Shown here piece after piece: positions 1 through 6,753 of a DNA stretch of 10,941 nt. The notes below the pieces were generated by a model. The model ran no database searches and was not told where the DNA came from. It saw nothing but the letters and a program-made list of their open reading frames with translations. Numbering within the stretch: position 1 is the first letter of the stretch; every line of letters starts with the position of its first letter. A program made the translations under genes and the position numbers. Origin of the DNA: Candidatus Hadarchaeum sp. (GTDB taxonomy: Archaea > Hadarchaeota > Hadarchaeia > Hadarchaeales > Hadarchaeaceae); contig NZ_JAVZIN010000016.1 in the NCBI RefSeq assembly GCF_038871235.1, forward strand, positions 1 to 10,941. The letters run 5' to 3'.

Positions 1-127
1 CCTCGGCAGCAACACCAACATCAACGATTCTATCTCCTTCAACCAGAACTGAGGCGTTCCTGAGGATCTCGCGCTTGGGATTCATGGTGACAACAATTCC
101 ATTATCGATCAAAATTCTTTCCGCCAT
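1..127. repeat. 127-bp exact direct terminal repeat, left copy
   Basis: 1..127 (cctcggcagc...ctttccgccat) is identical to 10815..10941 by direct comparison. Confidence 0.97.
1..127 (-). CDS. 5' fragment (first ~42 codons) of the MtaD/TrzA-like deaminase, truncated by the window edge
   Basis: ATG at 127 encodes MAERILIDNGIVVTMNPKRE..., the same as ORF 9601..10941. It lies 12 nt after the ABC ATPase stop and is preceded by an SD-like GGGGT. Confidence 0.85.
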   Translation of the reverse strand, partial: MAERILIDNGIVVTMNPKREILRNASVLVEGDRIVDVGVAAE

Positions 128-139
128 ATTCCAACCCCA

Positions 140-1678
140 TCAAATCTTCTTTCCAACCATCAAGTCACCGACCCTTTCCCTCGTGGCTTCTTGCCTAGGT
201 ATAATCGCTACCATCTCACCCTCATACATTACTCCAATAGTATCGCTGAGCTTCATTATTTCATCCAAGTCACCCGAAAACATAAGTATCGCCTTTTTTT
301 CCTTTTTTTGCCTCAAGAAAACGTTATGAATAAATTCTTGGCAGCCTACGTCAAGGCCAGCGGTGGGCTCCTCCACTAAAATAAAATCAGGGTTGGAGGA
401 GAGTTCTTTAGCCAGAAGAAGTTTTTGCAAATTTCCACCTGAAAGTGTCCTAGCGATGGTTCGCGGTGTAGGCGCCCTGATATCAAATTCTTCCATAAGT
501 TTCTTTGTCAGTTTGATAATTTCATCGTAATTCATCATGCCTCTTTTTGAGTACGGTGATTTTTTGTAGTAGCTCAGCGCAACGTTTTCATAAAGCGTTA
601 GATGCGGAACAATACCGCGCTCCAAGCGTTCACCGGGAACAAACCCCACATTCAGGTTGCGAAATACTGACGGCGGCTTGTTCGTAATATCATTACCGCG
701 ATATAAAACTTTACCACTTACTGCTTTTCTGAGCCCAACTATGGCCTCAACCAGTTCTTTTTGGCCATTCCCGGCAACCCCCGCCACGCCGAATATTTCA
801 CCTGCCCTAACAGAAAAGGAAACCCCCTTTACTGCAAGGAACCCCTTATCATTGTAACTTTTCAGATCCTTAACTTCAATAATCTTTTCACCTTCTTTCA
901 CGTGAGGTATTTTCACCTCAGACTCGATCTCTCTGCCAATCATGCTGGTTATGATCTTATCTCGGGAAACTTTTTTGGTTGAAAATACGCCCGTGACTTT
1001 GCCCCGCCTCAAAACTGTTATCCTATCACTTACTGCCAAGACCTCCGGTATCTTGTGAGTTATAAATGGTATTGAGGCTATCCCTGAATTCGCCATTTTC
1101 TCCATGCTTTGCAAAAGGGCCATTTTTTCTGGCGGTGAAAGCATTGAGGTGGGTTCATCCATAATCAAAATCTTACTTCCACGATAAATCGCCCTCAGTA
1201 TTTCCACTTTCTGCTTTTCTCCAACCGAAAGCTGCCAAGGCTTTGCGTCAAGAGGGACTTCTATTCCAAACTTATTTTGCAGCTCTTTTATCCTTCTTTC
1301 CTCCTCTTTTTTATCAACGAATGGACCTCTGGATGGCTCCTGCCCTAAAACTATATTCTCCCTAACAGTTAAGGTCGGGACCAGCATGCTTATCTGCGGA
1401 ATGAGACCAATGCCGAGTTCAATGGCATCCTTAGGTGATTTTATTTTGACCTTTTTCCCCCAAATTTTTATCTCGCCCTCGTCCGGTTGGTAAAGACCAT
1501 AAAGGATCTTCATTAGGGTTGATTTTCCAGCACCGTTTTCGCCAAGAATGCTGTGGATCTCACCTTTTTTCAAAGAAAAATCAATATGATCGTTAGCCAA
1601 GACTCCAGGAAACCTTTTAGTGATTCCCTTCATCTCTAAGACATATTCGCCATCTTCGGAAGATTGAGAGGATTTCAT
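140..1678 (-). CDS. ABC transporter ATP-binding protein, CUT2 (sugar/nucleoside) family with tandem ATPase domains
   Basis: N-terminal LEMKGITKRFPGVLAND, Walker A GENGAGKST, LSVGEKQ, Walker B ILIMDEPT. Second domain has a degenerate Walker A (GVAGNGQKEL) and signature LSGGNLQK, typical of nucleoside-type CUT2 ATPases. ATG at 1678 is preferred to TTG at 1681. Confidence 0.93.
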   Translation of the reverse strand: MKSSQSSEDGEYVLEMKGITKRFPGVLANDHIDFSLKKGEIHSILGENGAGKSTLMKILYGLYQPDEGEIKIWGKKVKIKSPKDAIELGIGLIPQISMLVPTLTVRENIVLGQEPSRGPFVDKKEEERRIKELQNKFGIEVPLDAKPWQLSVGEKQKVEILRAIYRGSKILIMDEPTSMLSPPEKMALLQSMEKMANSGIASIPFITHKIPEVLAVSDRITVLRRGKVTGVFSTKKVSRDKIITSMIGREIESEVKIPHVKEGEKIIEVKDLKSYNDKGFLAVKGVSFSVRAGEIFGVAGVAGNGQKELVEAIVGLRKAVSGKVLYRGNDITNKPPSVFRNLNVGFVPGERLERGIVPHLTLYENVALSYYKKSPYSKRGMMNYDEIIKLTKKLMEEFDIRAPTPRTIARTLSGGNLQKLLLAKELSSNPDFILVEEPTAGLDVGCQEFIHNVFLRQKKEKKAILMFSGDLDEIMKLSDTIGVMYEGEMVAIIPRQEATRERVGDLMVGKKI

Positions 1679-1801
1679 CAAAAAACCGACACCACAAACA
1701 AATAAAAACCTATTGGTTTAACCTTTTTTTGGATCCGCCCCCATTTAAAAAAGTAGATTTTTACGATATTGGTTTCATCAGAAAAGTCAAATGTTTGCTA
1801 T

Positions 1802-2776
1802 TTACACGAGCTTCAAAAGCTTTTTCGCGTTTTCAACCATTATCTTTTCCTTCTCCTCATCAGAGATGTTTAGGTTTTTGATAAACTCCACCGATTTTTC
1901 CAGCGATACGAAAGGATAATCGCTTCCGAGCACTACCTTATCCGCCGTCAAGAGTTGATAAGCACAGGAGAAAGCGGGTAAATAAAATGATTGGGCTGTG
2001 TCAACATAAATCCTTTTGAAATATTCGCTTGGAGGCTTGGATATTTTTTCTTTACAATCGGGGTTGATATTGTACTGGTGATCTATCCTACTTATGAGAT
2101 AAGGTATAACGCTCCCGGCATGTGGTAGTATTAGTTTAAGCCCCCTATACCTCTCGAGTACTCCTCCGAAAATGAGCCGCAAAACAGCCAGTGTCGTATC
2201 AAAGAGAAAACCGACCACAGTTGTCAACCCGTATTCCATCATCACTTCGCTCATCAACGGCGTGGTGGGGTGAATTAAAATTGGAAGCTCCAGCTTTTCC
2301 GCGGTTTCATAAATCGGGTAAAACCCTTCCCAGTCCAATGGTTTGCCGTTAACGTTAGAGGGTATTTTGAGGCCTCTCAGCCCAAGTTCATTTACAGACC
2401 TTTCCACCTCTTTAACGGCTAGATCCGGATATTTCATGGGGACAGTAGCAAACGCCAAAAATCTGGAATTTTTCTGAGTAATTTCAGATAGCTCGTTGTT
2501 GGTCTCCTTTGCGATCTCCTCAGCAACACTCTTTCGAAACATGTCAACGCCGGGTATAGCAAGACCGAGAACTTGAAGATCAACTCCGCTCTTGTCCATC
2601 TCTTTCTCTCGAACACTCAAATCATACATTCTCTCGTCAAAAGGATAGGCTAAGCCATCTCCATAAAAAATCAGGTAGCCTCCATCTTTTTTCTCTATCC
2701 TCGGCACACCACGGAACTTCAACAGGCGGCTCAAATAACCCTTAGTGATTATCTCGGCATGGATATCGATAATCAT
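1802..2776 (-). CDS. Amidohydrolase-2 family metal-dependent enzyme (ACMSD / iso-orotate decarboxylase-like)
   Basis: IIDIHAE at the N-terminus, MDKSGVDLQVL, PILIHP, FLFDTTLA, LKLILPHAG, YVDTA, LGSDYPF and ENAKKL follow the Amidohydro_2 TIM-barrel pattern. Substrate unknown. Confidence 0.85.
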   Translation of the reverse strand: MIIDIHAEIITKGYLSRLLKFRGVPRIEKKDGGYLIFYGDGLAYPFDERMYDLSVREKEMDKSGVDLQVLGLAIPGVDMFRKSVAEEIAKETNNELSEITQKNSRFLAFATVPMKYPDLAVKEVERSVNELGLRGLKIPSNVNGKPLDWEGFYPIYETAEKLELPILIHPTTPLMSEVMMEYGLTTVVGFLFDTTLAVLRLIFGGVLERYRGLKLILPHAGSVIPYLISRIDHQYNINPDCKEKISKPPSEYFKRIYVDTAQSFYLPAFSCAYQLLTADKVVLGSDYPFVSLEKSVEFIKNLNISDEEKEKIMVENAKKLLKLV

Positions 2777-2784
2777 AAAAAATT

Positions 2785-4686
2785 TTACCCCTGAATTATG
2801 CCTCTTTTTATCAGATCCTCAGCAATATCCGTCAAACCTAACTCTTCAAGCTTTGCCTTGGTTGGGTGCCCAGTTTTCACATCCCAGCCCCTCAGCCCAT
2901 AGTACCTGTCCTTTAGCTTTTCAAAGGTTTCTCTGTCCAAGCGCTTGATTTTTGATTCAATTGGCTCGGTGAAGAATTTATCGGGAAAATTGTCATCATC
3001 TCTGGTTAGGCCACACTTGGAGTTGAAAGCCCTTTCGACGTTGTATATTCTCTCACCTATCCTTAATAATCCTTCAGCAGTATAGCTAAGACCAGTCACC
3101 GCATACATCCACTCCGCATATTCAGGTAAACCAAAGCTATCCTCACTCTGCGTCCAAGTCACGTTTTTACAAACCGCCAATGAATCGATGACTGCATTCA
3201 TGTTCTCGAAAAATATCACCGCCTCGGCCTTGTTTTCAGTACTGCTGTCGTCGGCAAAATTATATTCAACACCAGCCCATTTTCCATACGCATTGCTGAG
3301 CGGCATCCCTTTGAGGTGATCTGAACCCCTAGTTGATGTAGCATGGGAAAGTGCAGTTCCCCAACCAGTCCTTGGATCTATTTCCATTCTCCCGCCTTTA
3401 ACTTGGTGGGCGAACTTTTCACTGCCTTTACCAAATTTTCTGGCGGCAAGTCTAGTTCCTTCGGCGAGTAAATCACCAAATCCCTCACGGCGAACTATTT
3501 TATCCAGCATGGCTAACGCTGCCTCTTGATTGCCCCATTCAAGCTTTATGCCTCCAGTGTCCTTTTCAGATATCAATCCGCGTTCCCAGAGCTCCATAGC
3601 CCAAGCGATGGCATAGGCTGGACCATCGCAGTCTATTCCCAGCCTGTTGGTCTCCACTGCCCATTTCAGCACAAAATTCAAATCAAATATTCCCATCATG
3701 TAACCATCAATCATCTGGTTGTATTCGTAACCTTCGCCAATCAAATCCTTGAATGGCCCCTCCAACCCTTTGAGCACGTGGCCACAGTGCATCTGGCAGT
3801 TGAAACATCCTTTCCACCTAACTATGTGTTTGGCGAAGGCCTCATGATCCACTTTGGGAAACTCTGAAGCCGGCACCCTTGGAAGGGTAAAGTTCTTTGT
3901 CGGATTGGACTTTTGCTTTTCATTTCTCAACCAGGTGAGCCAAGGTTTTCCATAATAGCTGTACCACTTGTACTTCGCCGATCCTTTCATCATTTCGACA
4001 CATTTTTTGAACAAATCTTCGACCAGCTCCGGATGCGCCACTTGGACGCCCTTGGTGCCACGAACGGCTATCGCCTTCAGCTTTTTCGAACCCATGACAG
4101 CGCCAACACCACCCCATCCTGCGGCTCTAGCTCTGTCGTTCATGATGGCCGCGTCCCTAACTAGATTCTCACCCGCCGGACCGATCAAGGCTATTTTTAT
4201 ATCAGGATCACCGATTTCCTCCTTCAAAATATCGTCAGATTGGAAGACATCCTTACCCCATATTTTGCTCGCGTCCCTGAGCTCAACCGTGTCGTCGTCT
4301 ATCCAGAGATAAACAGGCTTGCTGGATCTGCCCTGAAAAACTATGTGATCATAACCAGCGAATTTTAATTCCGGGCCCCAGTGGCCGCCCGAATTGCTGT
4401 CGGCGAAAGCAAAGGTGAAAGCCCCCTTGGCGGTGACCGTGTACCTGCCACTGGTAGGAATCATGGTTCCTGTCAAAGGACCGGTTCCAAAGATGAGCCT
4501 GTTCTCAGGATCGAATGGATCAATTTCTGGACCCACCTCATCGTACAAAATTTTCGCATTTATCCCGGCTCCGCCCAAAAAATTCATGGCGAGATCTTTA
4601 GGCAATGGTTGCTTCACTATCTTCTCTCGAGAAAGGTCAACCCTGATGATGGTTCCAGCCCAACCATAGATTTTTTCCTTTTCCAT
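2785..4686 (-). CDS. Aldehyde:ferredoxin oxidoreductase family tungstoenzyme, catalytic subunit
   Basis: YGWAGTIIRVDLS, FLGGAG, GPLTGT, SNSGGHWGPELKFAGYD, IGPAGENLV, GAVMGSKKLKAIAVRG, the [4Fe-4S] motif CFNCQMHC, RGSDH, DSLAVC and YYGLRGWD...LEELGL. ATG at 4686 follows a GGGTGA SD; GTG at 4695 is the alternative start. Confidence 0.95.
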   Translation of the reverse strand: MEKEKIYGWAGTIIRVDLSREKIVKQPLPKDLAMNFLGGAGINAKILYDEVGPEIDPFDPENRLIFGTGPLTGTMIPTSGRYTVTAKGAFTFAFADSNSGGHWGPELKFAGYDHIVFQGRSSKPVYLWIDDDTVELRDASKIWGKDVFQSDDILKEEIGDPDIKIALIGPAGENLVRDAAIMNDRARAAGWGGVGAVMGSKKLKAIAVRGTKGVQVAHPELVEDLFKKCVEMMKGSAKYKWYSYYGKPWLTWLRNEKQKSNPTKNFTLPRVPASEFPKVDHEAFAKHIVRWKGCFNCQMHCGHVLKGLEGPFKDLIGEGYEYNQMIDGYMMGIFDLNFVLKWAVETNRLGIDCDGPAYAIAWAMELWERGLISEKDTGGIKLEWGNQEAALAMLDKIVRREGFGDLLAEGTRLAARKFGKGSEKFAHQVKGGRMEIDPRTGWGTALSHATSTRGSDHLKGMPLSNAYGKWAGVEYNFADDSSTENKAEAVIFFENMNAVIDSLAVCKNVTWTQSEDSFGLPEYAEWMYAVTGLSYTAEGLLRIGERIYNVERAFNSKCGLTRDDDNFPDKFFTEPIESKIKRLDRETFEKLKDRYYGLRGWDVKTGHPTKAKLEELGLTDIAEDLIKRGIIQG

Positions 4687-4699
4687 TTTTTTCACCCAT

Positions 4700-5194
4700 T
4701 CAAGGCTTCTCTAAAATTTTTTTCTCAATTCTATTTCTGGCCAAGATTCTGGGACCCACGTCCTGCCGAGCGTAGAAAACAGCACCCATTGGGCAAACCA
4801 TAGCGCACCTTGGATTTCCGCCACAAAGATCACATTTTGTCACTTTGTTTGTCTTCGGATCAACTATGATTATCGAGAAGGGACAAGCCTCAACACAGGC
4901 CCTGCACCCAATACATATATTTTGATCGATCACTACAGCACCTGTGTCCTTGTTCCTGCTGATGGCGCCCACAGGGCATGCTTCCATACAGGGTGCTTTT
5001 TCACAGTGCCTGCAAACGACCGGAACGTCCCTAAGCTTGTTCTCAAGCTTTACTATTCTGAGAAGCGCTCGTGAGGGGTTCTTTTCTTTATAATGGTAAA
5101 AGGCGCAAGCTAGCTCACACGTCCGACAGCCCGTGCATCTCCTCTCATCAGTAAAGAGCATTTTCCTCTTTTCCTTAATTTCTTCATTATTCAT
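4700..5194 (-). CDS. 4x[4Fe-4S] ferredoxin-like electron-transfer subunit (DmsB/HycB-like) of the AOR
   Basis: Sixteen cysteines in four groups: CTGCRTCELAC, CRHCEKAPCMEACP, CIGCRACVEACP and KCDLC...RCAMVCP. Directly upstream of AOR. Native start is probably ATG 5194 (MNNEE) or ATG 5161; the longer 313-aa ORF comes from IS read-through. Confidence 0.9.
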   Translation of the reverse strand: MNNEEIKEKRKMLFTDERRCTGCRTCELACAFYHYKEKNPSRALLRIVKLENKLRDVPVVCRHCEKAPCMEACPVGAISRNKDTGAVVIDQNICIGCRACVEACPFSIIIVDPKTNKVTKCDLCGGNPRCAMVCPMGAVFYARQDVGPRILARNRIEKKILEKP

Positions 5195-5212
5195 GTGTGG
5201 GGAATCAATTCT

Positions 5213-5232
5213 AAACTTAATAAGTTTTTCCA
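5213..5232 (-). promoter_or_regulatory. Putative archaeal BRE/TATA promoter of the ferredoxin-AOR genes
   Basis: Minus strand reads GGAAAAA-CTTATTAAG about 22-38 nt upstream of ATG 5194 with no SD, consistent with a leaderless transcript. It overlaps the palindrome AAACTTA-A-TAAGTTT. Confidence 0.5.
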
Positions 5233-5247
5233 AAGTCTTTTTGGATT

Positions 5248-5256
5248 CGGATAAGA
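5248..5256. repeat. Target-site duplication, left copy (CGGATAAGA)
   Basis: Identical 9-mer at 6282..6290; both copies directly abut the TIRs. Confidence 0.92.
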
Positions 5257-6180
5257 GAGGTTGTCTAATAAATCTACAAATAAAAATCTTCATTCTCTTC
5301 ATCGCGCGCGCCCGCGCGTAGGTGCGGAGATTGTGCGCAATCGCCATCAAGAGGGAATCGATTGCCCTCGTTTTAAGCAGTCTACATCTCGTCCGACTTT
5401 CATACCTGACGGCGAACCCGCCGAACGGTGCCTCACCCACACCCCGCATGCGATAGAGTTCACGGTTCCGATCGAAATCGCGGGCCGCCTGTCTGCGCAG
5501 GAGCCCCTTGAGCCCGATGTTTTTGAGTTTGATCACGGGCTCGAACCCGTGCCTTTTGGCGAGTTCGAAGTTCTTGGCCGCGTCGTAAGCCGAGTCGCCT
5601 AGCAGGGGTTCGCCTCCGCCGCGGAATTTTTTAGCAGGCACTTGAACTGCGGCGAATCGTGCGCTTGACCCCGCGTCACCCTCGCGGCGACTATGGGCAC
5701 GAGGCCCGCCTCGCGCGAATAACCCTCGAGCACGTGCAGCTTAACGAATTCGCGCTCCGGGCATGTTTTGAGCGCCCTCCGGCGCTCTTGGTAGCGATCC
5801 GTTTCAACACCGGTCGAGTCCGTGATGAAGATCTCGCACTTGAACAGCTTGGCAATTAGTTCGTACAGGAGTTCGAGCGCCCGCTCAAAATAGACAATCG
5901 GCATGCGCTGGAGCCCCCACCAAATGGTTGCATGATCCATCCTGAGGCCTATCAGAAGAGGGGTTTCCCCTTCAGCGGCGCGAAGGCTGGAGCCGAAATA
6001 TTTCCTGAAGATACCCATCGCGGCGTACAGTTCTGGACGGAACTTGGGCAGACGCCCACGTTTGGAGACCTGCCAAGGCGGGCCGAGGATGCTCACGACT
6101 CGTGAGCAGATTTTAAATATCTCCAATTTGTCATACAGTTTTGAGGCGTGATACGCCTTCCAGTAGTGGGGGTGTCTCAT
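5257..6180 (-). CDS. IS5-family DDE transposase in two overlapping frames (-1 shift at ~5626..5632), no stop codon inside the element
   Basis: Frame 1 (6180..5599) has ITDSTG, KLH and HDSP. Frame 2 has GDSAYD and YRMRGVGEAPFG (Y-2-R-3-E signature) plus HNL. An AGGAGGT SD lies upstream of ATG 6180. Programmed frameshift versus pseudogene is unresolved. Confidence 0.85.
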
Positions 6181-6281
6181 ATGGGTACCTCCTTATGGGT
6201 TGTCCCCCCACTCCTGGTCCAGCTCCAAAAATCAATTTACTATTGTCCAAAAATAATAAAAATGAATTATTAGACAACCTC
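5257..6281 (-). mobile_element. Complete IS5-family insertion sequence, 1025 bp
   Basis: TIRs GAGGTTGTCTAATAAATC (5257..5274) and GAGGTTGTCTAATAATTC (reverse complement of 6264..6281) match at 17/18. There is a 9-bp TSD, a DDE transposase inside, and the interior is visibly more GC-rich than the flanks. Confidence 0.93.
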
Positions 6282-6290
6282 CGGATAAGA
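6282..6290. repeat. Target-site duplication, right copy (CGGATAAGA)
   Basis: Identical to 5248..5256. Confidence 0.92.
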
Positions 6291-6311
6291 GAAAGCCTTA
6301 AACAGCAAAAA

Positions 6312-6593
6312 TCATCCACCGGCGAGAGGCGGATAAATAATTACAACATCACCGTCTTTCAAAGATGTTTCAAAATCATCAGGCAATCTAACAGTTTTTC
6401 CATTTAGGGAGACAAAAACCCAATCAAGCAATCTGTTGGTTTTAGGATCAAACATTTCCTTTTTCAACTTTTCACCGAATCTTTTGACCAAAGCGCTAAA
6501 TAGATCTCTAATGTTTTTAACATCATTTATCTCCGCTTCCTTCACTCCCGCCGCATCGCGAAAGGCGCCAATGAACTTAACTTTGACTTTCAT
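6312..6593 (-). CDS. moaD: MoaD/ThiS family ubiquitin-like sulfur carrier
   Basis: 93 aa with MKVKVKF..FRDAAG, LNG and LKDGDVVIIYPPLAGG ending in Gly-Gly. MoaD-like genes are commonly adjacent to AOR genes. Confidence 0.9.
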   Translation of the reverse strand: MKVKVKFIGAFRDAAGVKEAEINDVKNIRDLFSALVKRFGEKLKKEMFDPKTNRLLDWVFVSLNGKTVRLPDDFETSLKDGDVVIIYPPLAGG

Positions 6594-6753
6594 ACTTTTT
6601 TCTCTTCTTCGCGGAAGCCTATAAATTTTTAAGGTTCATTTATAAGTCTTCCCAAAACTCTTTCACCCAATTTTATTGAAAAAAGCCGAATTCGGCTAAA
6701 TTTTTCAACACTTAAATTTTTATGAAAGTTCGCATATGAAATCGTGGGATTAA
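6594..6753. promoter_or_regulatory. Divergent promoter region with central palindrome
   Basis: AT-rich 160-bp gap. Minus-strand AAAAATTTATAG lies ~30 nt before moaD and plus-strand TTTTTATG (6717..6724) ~30 nt before ATG 6754. Palindrome AGCCGAATTCGGCT at 6684..6697. Confidence 0.6.

Noticed and set aside
1711-1775. 9-bp direct repeat TATTGGTTT (1711..1719, 1767..1775) as a TSD or CRISPR remnant
   Set aside because: Only two short AT-rich copies, with no convincing TIRs between them and no array periodicity.
5599-5601. TAG read-through (pyrrolysine) in the transposase
   Set aside because: The remaining catalytic motifs are in the -1 frame, not in frame after the TAG.
4700-5641. 313-aa ORF as an evolved novel single gene
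   Set aside because: Its N-half is the transposase C-terminus inside a TIR/TSD-bounded IS and its C-half is a normal ferredoxin subunit with its own start and promoter-like sequence.
5257-6281. IS as the junction of a composite-transposon circle or translocatable unit
   Set aside because: Both flanks carry the same 9-bp TSD, indicating a simple insertion. Recombination between two separate copies would normally leave unmatched flanks.
6131-6407. ORFs 6131..6319 (-) and 6141..6407 (+)
   Set aside because: They cross the IS boundary and overlap moaD or the transposase, so they are chance open frames.
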